Origin: Geotalea uraniireducens Rf4
Lineage (GTDB): Bacteria > Desulfobacterota > Desulfuromonadia > Geobacterales > Geobacteraceae
DNA: 32,000 nucleotides
Assembly (NCBI RefSeq): GCF_000016745.1
Contig: NC_009483.1
Coordinates: forward strand, 270,001-302,000
Reading direction: 5' to 3'
Shown: positions 17,688-27,233 of the stretch, one piece after another
How positions within the stretch are numbered: position 1 is the stretch's first letter
How the letters are laid out: each line of letters starts with the position of its first letter
Translations under genes and position numbers: made by a program
The notes under the pieces: generated by a model
Told to the model about the DNA's origin: nothing
Seen by the model: only the letters and a program-made list of their open reading frames with translations
Database searches by the model: none

Positions 17688-18032
17688 ATGCAGGGGAAAA
17701 ACGTTGATTCAGGGACTGTGGCGGAATCGCTCCATCCGAAGCACAACCGCTATTATCTGAAAGACCTGGTGGTAAAGGCGGACAGCGGTCTGTTGAGCGT
17801 CCACCGGGGAAGGATAGAAGCGGGCGGAGAGATTTTCGTCCATACCCACGAGATAGAGTCGGAGACCTTTTATATCCTTTCCGGCCAGGTCGAATGCACC
17901 ATGGGAGAAGAGAAGGTCGCCTACACTGCGGGTAGTTGCGGCTTTGCCCCGCCGGGGGTTCTCCATGGCCTCCGAAATACCGGGGATGTGCCGGTTGAGC
18001 TCATTGCCATCTTTACCCCGCCGTTGAAATAA
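17688..18032 (+). CDS. cupin domain protein
   Basis: 114 aa. Cupin motifs HTHEIESETFYILSG and PPGVLHGLRN. GGAGAG Shine-Dalgarno upstream. Confidence 0.75.
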   Translation: MQGKNVDSGTVAESLHPKHNRYYLKDLVVKADSGLLSVHRGRIEAGGEIFVHTHEIESETFYILSGQVECTMGEEKVAYTAGSCGFAPPGVLHGLRNTGDVPVELIAIFTPPLK

Positions 18033-18057
18033 CCGTTCTCCGGCGTTGAGAGGCGAT

Positions 18058-19197
18058 ATGCTTGAAGTCGTTCAGACCCAGACGATAGACCCGCGTCAGA
18101 AGCAGGAGGGTAAGTGCATCCTCATCGTCGATGACGAGGCGATCATCCGCGACCTCTGCCGTAAAGCCCTGAAAGGCTACCGGGTGCTGGAGGCGGGGGA
18201 CGGCGAAGAGGCGCTCCAGGTCTTCGAGCAGGGGGGGATCGATGTCATCCTCACCGACGTGATGATGCCCAACCTGGACGGCATCGAGCTGCTCAAGCGG
18301 TTGAAGGAGATCGAGCCGACTCTGGTGGTCATCGTCATGACCGGCTATGCGGACAAAGACGTGATTCTGAACGCCCTGAAGGCCGATGCCGACGATTTCA
18401 TCACCAAGCCGCTCAACCTCCTTCAGTTGAAGACCGCCATCGACAAGGCGCTGGTTAAAAAGGCCCTCAAGGAAGAGATCGCCAACCTGAAAAATCTCGA
18501 CCGCCTCAAGTCCAACTTCCTTTCGCTGGTTTCCCATAAGTTCCGTACGCCCATTACCTCTATTTCGCTTTTTCTGCAGAACCTCGCCTCCGGCGTCTAT
18601 GACCCGGAGGACAGCGCCTACCAGAAAAACCTGCGGATGATCTATGACGAATCCTGTTATCTCGGGGGACTGGTGACGGACCTCCTCACTTTCAGCCAGG
18701 TGATGGACAAGGGAGAGGGCTTGAAGCTTGAGCCGTGCAACCTGAACAGCATCATCCTTGAACTGCTCCATGCATCCAAGGAGGTGGCGGGCAAGCCCGG
18801 CGTGGAAACCGCATTCGACCTGGAACCGCTTCCCAGCCTGTTTCTTGACCGGGAGAAGGTGAGTTTTGCCATCAAACAGGTTATCGACAATGCCTACAAG
18901 TTCTCGCGCAGCACGGGGCGGGTGGCCATATTCATCAAGAACCAGGACAACATCTGCAAAATCATCGTTGAAGACAATGGGGTCGGCATAGCCAAAGAGG
19001 ATCTGCCGAAGATCTTCGAAAAATTCTACCAGGTGGACAGCGACCACGCCGGCCAGATCCGCGGTTTCGGTCTCGGTCTCTTTTATGCCCGTGAATTTAT
19101 CCGGCTTCACAATGGGAACATTGCCGTTGAAAGCGAGCTGGGGAAAGGGACACGGGTAACCATCACATTCCCTGCTGCAGAAGGCTGTCCCATCTGA
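18058..19197 (+). CDS. hybrid response-regulator receiver / histidine kinase (REC-HisKA-HATPase_c)
   Basis: REC motifs ILIVDDEA, DVILTDVMMPNLDG and ITKP. H-box LVSHKFRTPITSI. ATPase motifs DNGVGI and GFGLGLFY. ATG 18058 is preceded by GAGAGG. Confidence 0.88.
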   Translation: MLEVVQTQTIDPRQKQEGKCILIVDDEAIIRDLCRKALKGYRVLEAGDGEEALQVFEQGGIDVILTDVMMPNLDGIELLKRLKEIEPTLVVIVMTGYADKDVILNALKADADDFITKPLNLLQLKTAIDKALVKKALKEEIANLKNLDRLKSNFLSLVSHKFRTPITSISLFLQNLASGVYDPEDSAYQKNLRMIYDESCYLGGLVTDLLTFSQVMDKGEGLKLEPCNLNSIILELLHASKEVAGKPGVETAFDLEPLPSLFLDREKVSFAIKQVIDNAYKFSRSTGRVAIFIKNQDNICKIIVEDNGVGIAKEDLPKIFEKFYQVDSDHAGQIRGFGLGLFYAREFIRLHNGNIAVESELGKGTRVTITFPAAEGCPI

Positions 19198-19309
19198 AAC
19201 CGGCGACAATGAACGTTGCTCCCCACTCCATCCCCGATCTTGCCTACAACGGGCTTGTTGCGCCCCATTCAAAAGCATGAGTTTTTGTTTTATCAGCGTC
19301 AATCCATCA

Positions 19310-19329
19310 AATCTGCGTAAATCTGCGTT
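19310..19329. repeat. tandem decamer AATCTGCGTA / AATCTGCGTT in the AT-rich region upstream of argB
   Basis: AATCTGCGTA 19310-19319 and AATCTGCGTT 19320-19329 (9/10 identical). Preceded by the related AATCCATCA. Confidence 0.85.
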
Positions 19330-19429
19330 GAATTGTTTTTTCGGTGAACGATCATTTTTTGCTCTCATCATTATATATGGACGTATCGTACAAAAAAGGG
19401 CCGGAAAAGGGAGGCAAACCCCTTTGATG

Positions 19430-19457
19430 TTGATTATTTCGGCTTATCTGCTATATT
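19430..19457 (+). promoter_or_regulatory. candidate sigma-70 promoter of the arg operon (TTGATT-N16-TATATT)
   Basis: TTGATT 19430-19435 and TATATT 19452-19457, about 55 nt upstream of the argB ATG. Confidence 0.45.
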
Positions 19458-19468
19458 TACGTTTTTTG

Positions 19469-20386
<918 letters not shown>

Positions 20387-20389
<3 letters not shown>

Positions 20390-20435
20390 AACCAGTTCGA
20401 AGTTCTATGTTCTAAGTTCAACGTTGAACATTTTG
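20387..20435. repeat. five tandem GTTC-type heptads with palindrome GTTCAACGTTGAAC + ATTTT (related to 2158-2256)
   Basis: GTTCGAA 20395, GTTCTAT 20402, GTTCTAA 20409, GTTCAAC 20416, GTTGAAC 20423, then ATTTTG. TAGAAC 20387-20392 pairs with GTTCTA 20402-20407. The TAG is the argB stop codon. Confidence 0.85.
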
Positions 20436-20455
20436 TATCAACGAAGAGGTACACT

Positions 20456-21646
20456 ATGAATTCTGCGCAATGGATTGCAAAAGGCGACAAATACATCATG
20501 CGGACCTACGGCCGTTACCCGCTGGTGCCGGTTAAAGGCGAAGGGTGCTACCTGTGGGACGCGGACGGCAAGCGGTATCTCGACTTCCTCGCCGGGGTTG
20601 CGGTCAACAACCTGGGGCACTGCCACCCACGGGTGGTGGCTGCCCTGCAGAAGCAGGCGGCGGAGCTGATCCACTGCTCCAATTACTACCATATCCCGAC
20701 CCAGATCGAACTGGCGGAGATCCTCTGCAACCACTCCTTCGCCGACCGGGCCTTCTTCTGCAACAGCGGCGCCGAGGCCAACGAGGCGGCCATCAAGCTG
20801 GCCCGCAAGTACAGCCGGGAAAAGTACGGCCAGGACCGTTACGAGATCATCACCGCCCTCGCCTCGTTTCATGGCCGGACCATGGCCACCGTTTCGGCCA
20901 CCGGCCAGGAGAAGGTGCAGAAATTCTTCGATCCGCTCCTCCACGGTTTCCTTCACGTGCCGTTCAACGACGCCGATGCCCTGGAGAAAGCGGTCACCCC
21001 CAACACCTGTGCCATCATGCTGGAGCCGATCCAGGGGGAGGGTGGGGTGGTCGTTCCCGACGCCGAATACTTCCGCCAGGTGCGGCGCATCTGCGACGAG
21101 AACAACCTGCTCCTCATTTTCGACGAAGTCCAGGTGGGGATCGGCCGGACCGGCAAGCTCTTTGCCCACGAGCATTTCGGCGTCACCCCGGACATCATGA
21201 CCCTGGCCAAGGCCTTGGCCGGCGGTGCCCCCATCGGCACCATGCTGGCGCGGGAAGATCTGGCTGCTTCTTTCGGCCCCGGAACCCACGGCTCCACCTT
21301 CGGCGGCAACCCGCTGGTGACGGCAGCCGGCGTGGCCGTGATGCGGACCATCCTCGAAGAGGGGATACTCAACCATACCGAAGAAATGGGTGAATACCTC
21401 ATGGGCGAGCTGGAGGGGCTGAAGAAAAAGTTCCCCATCATCACCGATGTGCGCGGCATAGGACTGATGATCGGCATGGAGCTCTCCGTCCCGGCCGGCG
21501 ACATCGTCAAAAAGGGGCTGGAGCGGGGCGTGCTCTTGAACGTGGCCCAGGACCGGGTGCTCCGCTTTGTCCCGCCGCTCATCGTAGGGAAGAAGGAAGT
21601 GGACGAGATGATCGCTGTCCTCGATGGGATTCTGGCGGAGATGTAA
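20456..21646 (+). CDS. argD: acetylornithine aminotransferase
   Basis: 396 aa class-III aminotransferase. Motifs FCNSGAEANEAAIKLAR and DEVQVGIGRTGK, with the PLP lysine in TLAKALAGG. Confidence 0.94.
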   Translation: MNSAQWIAKGDKYIMRTYGRYPLVPVKGEGCYLWDADGKRYLDFLAGVAVNNLGHCHPRVVAALQKQAAELIHCSNYYHIPTQIELAEILCNHSFADRAFFCNSGAEANEAAIKLARKYSREKYGQDRYEIITALASFHGRTMATVSATGQEKVQKFFDPLLHGFLHVPFNDADALEKAVTPNTCAIMLEPIQGEGGVVVPDAEYFRQVRRICDENNLLLIFDEVQVGIGRTGKLFAHEHFGVTPDIMTLAKALAGGAPIGTMLAREDLAASFGPGTHGSTFGGNPLVTAAGVAVMRTILEEGILNHTEEMGEYLMGELEGLKKKFPIITDVRGIGLMIGMELSVPAGDIVKKGLERGVLLNVAQDRVLRFVPPLIVGKKEVDEMIAVLDGILAEM

Positions 21647-21656
21647 TCATTATCTT

Positions 21657-21683
21657 GCAGGGGCGCATGCCATGCGCCCCTAC
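21657..21683. repeat. REP-like palindrome GCAGGGGCGCATG-C-CATGCGCCCCTAC
   Basis: 10-bp arms GGGGCGCATG 21660-21669 and CATGCGCCCC 21671-21680. The head is GCAG (one mismatch from GTAG) and the tail is CTAC. Confidence 0.8.
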
Positions 21684-21700
21684 AGCAGAAGGAATAAACA

Positions 21701-22618
21701 ATGAAACGAGATTTTCTGGCACTGAGCCAGTTTACGAAAACGGAGCTGGACGCCATCTTTGCCCTGACCCGGGAGTTGCAGCAGAAGCAGAAGCAAGGGA
21801 TCGAACACCACCTGCTCAAGGGGAAGACCCTGGCGATGATCTTCGAGAAGTCCTCCACCAGGACCCGCGTCTCCTTCGAGGTGGGGATGTACCAGCTTGG
21901 CGGCCATCCCCTGTTCATCTCCACCAAGGATTCCCAGATGGGGCGCGGCGAGCCGATCAAGGATACGGCCCGGGTCATGGCCCGCTACTGCGATGGGGTG
22001 ATGATCCGCACCTACGGCCAGGAAATCGTCGAGGAGTTCGCCCGTTACTCTGCCGTGCCGGTCATCAACGGCCTCACCGACCTGCATCACCCCTGCCAGA
22101 TCATGGCAGACCTGTTCACGGTCATCGAGCACAGAGGCTCCTACGAGGGGCTGAAAATCGCCTGGGTGGGGGACGGCAACAACATGGCCAACACCTGGAT
22201 CGAGGCCGCCGCCATCTTCGGTTTCGATCTGACCCTGGCCTGCCCCAAAGGGTACGAGCCGGACGCGCGCGTGATGGCGTGGGCGCAGGCAAAAGCAACG
22301 TCCAGGATTGTCCTGACAGACGACCCGCATGAGGCTGTCAAGGATGCGGATGTCATCAATACCGACGTCTGGGCCAGCATGGGGCAGGAGGCGGAACAGA
22401 AAGCGCGGGAAAAGGCCTTTGCCGGCTACCAGCTGAACGAGGCGCTCCTCGATCCGGCCCGCGGGAACTGCATGGTCCTGCACTGCCTCCCCGCCCACCG
22501 GGGCGAGGAGATCACCGACGACGTCATCGAGGGGCCACATTCGGCGGTCTGGGACGAGGCGGAGAACAGGCTGCATGTGCAGAAAGCGATCATGGCGACC
22601 TTGATGGGTGCACGCTGA
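21701..22618 (+). CDS. argF: ornithine carbamoyltransferase
   Basis: 305 aa. Carbamoyl-phosphate motif STRTRVSFE, plus HPCQIMAD and HCLPAHRGEE. Confidence 0.95.
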   Translation: MKRDFLALSQFTKTELDAIFALTRELQQKQKQGIEHHLLKGKTLAMIFEKSSTRTRVSFEVGMYQLGGHPLFISTKDSQMGRGEPIKDTARVMARYCDGVMIRTYGQEIVEEFARYSAVPVINGLTDLHHPCQIMADLFTVIEHRGSYEGLKIAWVGDGNNMANTWIEAAAIFGFDLTLACPKGYEPDARVMAWAQAKATSRIVLTDDPHEAVKDADVINTDVWASMGQEAEQKAREKAFAGYQLNEALLDPARGNCMVLHCLPAHRGEEITDDVIEGPHSAVWDEAENRLHVQKAIMATLMGAR

Positions 22619-22727
22619 AAAGCACCCATCTGCGGCGTTGCCTTCGTCGCTCCGCTGCTCACATACCGATGTATGCTCCGCTGCTCGCTCCTCGGCGCCT
22701 TGCATCTGGGCACTTTTGAGCGTGCAC
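22608..22727. repeat. 120-bp inverted-repeat element between argF and argG (sibling of 14906-15025)
   Basis: 26-nt arms 22608-22633 and 22702-22727 are complementary at 21/26. Core is direct repeat GCTCCGCTGCTC (22649-22660 and 22675-22686) around the hairpin CATAC-cgat-GTATG (22662-22675). It shares CCTTCGTCGC and CCTCGnCGCCTTG with the alaS element. Confidence 0.85.
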
Positions 22728-22766
22728 GGCCGATAGTGTAATTACAAATGTAAAAAGGAGAGCGTA

Positions 22767-23987
22767 ATGGCAAAAAAAGAAGTGAAAAAGATCGTCCTCG
22801 CCTATTCCGGCGGGCTGGATACCTCCATCATCCTCAAGTGGCTGAAGAACGAGTACGGCTGCGAAGTCATCACCTTTTCCGCCGACCTGGGCCAAGGGGA
22901 CGAATTGACGCCGATCCGCGACAAGGCTTTTGCCACCGGCGCCGACAAGGTTTACATAGACGATCTAAGGGAAGAATTCGTCCGCGACTTCGTTTTCCCC
23001 ATGTTCCGCGCCAATGCCATCTATGAGGGACATTATCTCCTCGGCACCTCCATTGCCCGGCCGCTGATCGCCAAACGGCAGATGGAGATCGCAAAGATCG
23101 AGGGGGCCGACGCGGTTTCCCACGGCGCCACCGGCAAGGGAAACGACCAGGTCCGCTTCGAGCTGGGCTACTACCACTTCAACCCGGCCATCACGGTCAT
23201 CGCCCCCTGGCGGGACTGGAAGCTCAACAGCCGCCAGGCCCTCATCAACTATGCGAAGAAGAACGACATACCCATCCCGGTCACCAAGAAGCGCCCCTGG
23301 TCTTCCGACCGCAACCTGCTCCACATCTCCTTCGAAGGGGCAATCCTGGAGGATACCTGGGCTGAAGCGCCCGAGAACATGTACGTGCTGACCAAGTCTC
23401 CGGAAAAGGCTCCAAACAAGCCCCAGTACGTGGAGATCGAGTTCAGGAACGGCAATGCGGTGGCCGTGGACGGGGAGGCGATGTCGCCGGCCCAGCTCCT
23501 CGCCCATCTCAACTTCATCGGCGGCGAGCACGGCATCGGCCGGGTGGACCTGCTGGAGAACCGTTCGGTGGGGATGAAGTCCCGCGGCGTTTATGAAACG
23601 CCCGGCGGCACCATCCTCCGCGAGGCGCACATGGCGGTGGAACAGATCACCATGGACCGCGAGGTCATGCACCTGCGCGACTCCCTCATCCCCCGCTATG
23701 CGGAGATGGTCTACAACGGCTACTGGTTCTCCCCGGAGCGGGAGATGCTCCAGACCATGATCGACGAATCGCAGAAGACCGTCAATGGCGTGGCCCGGGT
23801 CAAGCTTTACAAGGGGCATTGCCGTACGGTCGGCCGCAAGTCCGAGACCGACTCGCTTTTCAACCTGGATTTCGCCACCTTCGAGAAGGACCAGGTCTAC
23901 AACCAGAAGGACGCCGAAGGGTTCATCAAGCTCAATTCGCTCAGGCTGCGCATTCGTTCGCTCATGCAGGCAGCAAAAAAGAAATAA
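22767..23987 (+). CDS. argG: argininosuccinate synthase
   Basis: 406 aa. N-type ATP-pyrophosphatase P-loop AYSGGLDTS, plus [15 protein letters not shown]. Confidence 0.98.
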   Translation: MAKKEVKKIVLAYSGGLDTSIILKWLKNEYGCEVITFSADLGQGDELTPIRDKAFATGADKVYIDDLREEFVRDFVFPMFRANAIYEGHYLLGTSIARPLIAKRQMEIAKIEGADAVSHGATGKGNDQVRFELGYYHFNPAITVIAPWRDWKLNSRQALINYAKKNDIPIPVTKKRPWSSDRNLLHISFEGAILEDTWAEAPENMYVLTKSPEKAPNKPQYVEIEFRNGNAVAVDGEAMSPAQLLAHLNFIGGEHGIGRVDLLENRSVGMKSRGVYETPGGTILREAHMAVEQITMDREVMHLRDSLIPRYAEMVYNGYWFSPEREMLQTMIDESQKTVNGVARVKLYKGHCRTVGRKSETDSLFNLDFATFEKDQVYNQKDAEGFIKLNSLRLRIRSLMQAAKKK

Positions 23988-24040
23988 CGGCGGCGGGCCG
24001 ATGCGTCCATCTGCCCTCCCGTAACAGAGGAATATCTATT

Positions 24041-24068
24041 GTAGGGGCACGGTACGCCGTGCCCCTAC
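24041..24068. repeat. REP-like palindrome GTAGGGGCACGG-tacg-CCGTGCCCCTAC
   Basis: Perfect 12-bp arms 24041-24052 and 24057-24068 with GTAG head and CTAC tail. It ends 8 nt before the Nudix ATG. Confidence 0.88.
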
Positions 24069-24076
24069 GGTCTTCT

Positions 24077-24520
24077 ATGCCACAGATAAAATTCAAAAAA
24101 GAACATATCGTCACCTCGGTAGTCGCTGTTATCATCGACGACGACGAACGGGTCCTCTTGACCAAGCGCAATATCCCCCCCTTCCTGGACCTGTGGGTGA
24201 TGCCCGGCGGCAAGATAAACCTGGGGGAGCCGATCATGAAGGCTCTGCACCGTGAAGTCATGGAAGAGGTGGGGCTGGAGGTGGAGGTGGAGGGGCTGAT
24301 CGATGTCTTCGAGCACCTCACGCCGGGTGACGACAATAACCATTTCGTTATCCTCTACTACCGTTGTCGCCCCCTCTACTGCGAAGTGGCGCATAATCCG
24401 TTAGAGGTGGCCGAGGCCAGATGGGTGCCGCGGCCGGAACTGGTGCAGTACAGAATGCCGGAAGGGACACGCTTTATCCTGGGGAAGATCTTCCCGGAAC
24501 TCTGCAGCTGCGAAGTTTAG
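24077..24520 (+). CDS. Nudix hydrolase (MutT-like, substrate unknown)
   Basis: 147 aa from ATG 24077. Canonical Nudix box GX5EX7REUXEEXGU, seen as GGKINLGEPIMKALHREVMEEVGLEV. The upstream part of track ORF 23819 overlaps argG and is rejected. Confidence 0.85.
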   Translation: MPQIKFKKEHIVTSVVAVIIDDDERVLLTKRNIPPFLDLWVMPGGKINLGEPIMKALHREVMEEVGLEVEVEGLIDVFEHLTPGDDNNHFVILYYRCRPLYCEVAHNPLEVAEARWVPRPELVQYRMPEGTRFILGKIFPELCSCEV

Positions 24521-24527
24521 AAATCTG

Positions 24528-24560
24528 CCGGACACGAAGAAACGGTTTCCGGTGATTTTT
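24528..24560 (+). terminator. weak hairpin + T5 between the Nudix gene and the orphan gene (possible attenuator)
   Basis: CCGGA 24528-24532 pairs with TCCGG 24548-24552, with inner palindrome GAAACgGTTTC. Followed by TGATTTTT (T-run 24556-24560). Confidence 0.3.
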
Positions 24561-24580
24561 CCCCGGGTCTCAAAGACTCT

Positions 24581-25771
24581 ATGGCAATAACAAAGGTCTT
24601 CATGGTCCAGATCATCGACAAAAAGGTCAACCTGGAGTTTCCCCAGGGGCATCATCTCCACTGCCTGATCGCCCAGATCCCCAACCATCTGCGGCGGATC
24701 GAGCAGGGGTTTGCCATTACCGACCCTGATGAAAAATGGGCGCAGGTGAAGGCTCTTCTCGATCTTGTCTGCGCCGGGGAAGGCAACATGAAGAAGCTCC
24801 ACTTCCTCATGTTGCCGGAGAGCGCCATTCCCTTTGCCCGCTTTGATGAATTGCTGGCGATTATCGAAAACAGCTTCCGCCCCAACACGGTTACCATGTT
24901 CGGCGTTGAGCATGTGCGGCTGAAGACCTACCGGGAACTTCTGGCGCGGTTCAGCGCCGATAACGCCGAAGCCATTGAGCTGGTGGACAAGGATATCGAC
25001 TCGGGCGACATCCTGAACATGCCGGTCAACTGGTGCTGCATCGCCATCAAGGAGGCCACCGGCGCGTTGAGGGTGTTTCTCGAAGCAAAGTCGCACCCGT
25101 TCCATGGTGAAGAATTTCTCGACAAATACCACGACCTTTACCGGGGCCGCCATTTTTACCTGTTCAGGAGTCGTCCTTCCTGCTTTAACTTCATGACCCT
25201 GATCTGCCTCGACTACATTTACCGTGATCTCTATTCCTCCAACATCAAGCAGATCATCGACCATGCCGACCAGCTCTTCTTCAGCACCAGGCAAGGCCTC
25301 GACGCACTGTTTGTCATCCAGTGCAATCCCAAGCCGGAACATCACTCCTACCATGATGTTGTCAGCGGTTTTTACGGAGAATACCTGGAGGATACGCCAG
25401 GGGTGCGGGAAACCATCACGGTCTTTGCCAACAGTTCGGAAGAGACGAGCCTGGAGGAGCTTCACGAGCAGGCCGCCTACGGCAATTCGTTCGTGGTGAT
25501 AAACAAGCACCACAAGCTCGGCAAGGTGAAGCAGCCGGAGTTCTCCACCGATGATTTCAACGGCGCGCCGGTTTGCAGGCTCCGCTTCGGCACGGCCACC
25601 CGGCTCTATTACTTCAACCTGCCGCTGCACCACGAGCTCGATCCCCGTACCAGCAGGGTGCCGCTCAAGGTGCACTTCATCATGCGCTGGAATGAAGAAG
25701 GCGGATGGGAACGGCTTTCCGGTGAAGATGTGGCAACAGGTTTCGAGCTCAGCCGGGATGCGTTGACGTAG
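24581..25771 (+). CDS. orphan 396-aa protein; divergent nitrilase/carbon-nitrogen-hydrolase-superfamily candidate (function unknown)
   Basis: Long uninterrupted ORF in the operon orientation. Motifs in the canonical order: FLMLPE (E80), VFLEAKSHPF (K170), HGEE (E177/178) and MTLICLDYIY (C209). Alternative start is ATG 24602, preceded by AAAGG. Confidence 0.75.
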   Translation: MAITKVFMVQIIDKKVNLEFPQGHHLHCLIAQIPNHLRRIEQGFAITDPDEKWAQVKALLDLVCAGEGNMKKLHFLMLPESAIPFARFDELLAIIENSFRPNTVTMFGVEHVRLKTYRELLARFSADNAEAIELVDKDIDSGDILNMPVNWCCIAIKEATGALRVFLEAKSHPFHGEEFLDKYHDLYRGRHFYLFRSRPSCFNFMTLICLDYIYRDLYSSNIKQIIDHADQLFFSTRQGLDALFVIQCNPKPEHHSYHDVVSGFYGEYLEDTPGVRETITVFANSSEETSLEELHEQAAYGNSFVVINKHHKLGKVKQPEFSTDDFNGAPVCRLRFGTATRLYYFNLPLHHELDPRTSRVPLKVHFIMRWNEEGGWERLSGEDVATGFELSRDALT

Positions 25772-25836
25772 GGGCGGGGTTTCCCCGTCCCGGGTGAAAA
25801 TGCATGATGGATTGGGCGGGAAGACCCCGCCCCTAC
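25768..25836. repeat. REPIN-like doublet with perfect 13-bp outer arms GTAGGGGCGGGGT / ACCCCGCCCCTAC
   Basis: Left arm 25768-25780, right arm 25824-25836. Each half can also fold locally (CGGGG-ttt-CCCCG; GGGCGG-gaagac-CCGCCC). The TAG of the head is the stop codon of the orphan gene (25769-25771). Confidence 0.88.
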
Positions 25837-25856
25837 ATTACTGACAGGAGATATAC

Positions 25857-27233
25857 ATGTCCAAGGACAAACTGTGGGGTGGCCGTTTCACCCAGCCAAC
25901 CGATAAATTCGTCGAGGAGTTCACCGCTTCCATCGATTTCGACAAGCGCCTGTATCACCAGGATATCCGCGGCTCCATCGCCCATGCCCGGATGCTCGGC
26001 AAACAGAAGATCATCCCGATGGCGGACGTGGAGAAGATAGTGCAGGGACTCCAGGAGATCCTCGCCCAGATCGAGGCGGGAACCTTCGATTTTTCCATTT
26101 CCCTTGAAGACATCCACATGAACATCGAGTCGCGCCTCTCGGCCAAGATCGGCGAGGCGGGAAAACGGCTCCATACCGGCCGATCGAGGAACGACCAGGT
26201 GGCCCTGGACATCCGCCTCTATCTGCGGGACGAGCTGGTGGAGATCAGCGCCTACCTGGAACTCCTCATCGATTCCCTGATCTTCCAGGCGGAAAAGAAC
26301 ATAGATGTGATCATGCCGGGCTACACCCATCTCCAGACCGCCCAGCCGATCCTCTTCGCCCACCACATGCTCGCCTACGTGGAGATGTTCAAGCGGGACA
26401 TCGGCAGGATCGAGGATTGTCTGAAGCGGGCCAACGTCCTTCCGCTCGGCGCCGGCGCCCTGGCCGGAACCACCTTCCCCATCGACCGGGAGCATGTGGC
26501 CGAGCTGCTCGATTTTCCCGCGGTGACCCGCAACTCCCTCGATTCCGTATCGGACCGGGATTTCGCTCTTGAGTTCCTGGCCGATGCGTCGATCCTCATG
26601 ATGCACCTTTCCCGCTTCTCCGAGGAGCTGATCCTCTGGTCGACGAGCGAGTTCAAGTTCATCGAGCTCTCCGACGGCTTCTGTACCGGCTCCTCCATCA
26701 TGCCACAGAAGAAGAACCCCGATGTCCCGGAACTGGTGCGGGGGAAGACCGGCCGGGTCTACGGCAACCTGATGGCGCTCCTGACGGTGATGAAGTCGCT
26801 CCCGCTCGCCTACAACAAGGACATGCAGGAGGACAAGGAGCCGCTCTTCGACACCATCGACACGGTCAAGGGCTCACTCAAGATCTTCGCCGACATGATC
26901 CGCGAGATGCGGGTCAATGTGGCGACCATGCGCCAGGCAGCGGCCAAGGGGTTCTCCACTGCCACCGACGTGGCCGACTACCTGGTACGCAAGGGGATGC
27001 CGTTTCGCGACGCCCACGAGGTGGTGGGGAAATCGGTGGCCTACTGCATCGCAGAGAAGAAAGACCTGCCGGAACTCTCCATCGAGGAGTGGCGGTCCTT
27101 TTCCGACAAGATCGATGAGGATATCTACGACGCCATCACCCTGGAGGCGAGCGTCAACGCCCGCCGGGCCACCGGCGGCACGGCGCTGGAAAGGGTGAAG
27201 GCGGAGATCGAAAGGGCCAAGGTCGGGAGATAG
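25857..27233 (+). CDS. argH: argininosuccinate lyase
   Basis: 458 aa. N-terminus [18 protein letters not shown] and fumarate-lyase signature [11 protein letters not shown]. Confidence 0.98.
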
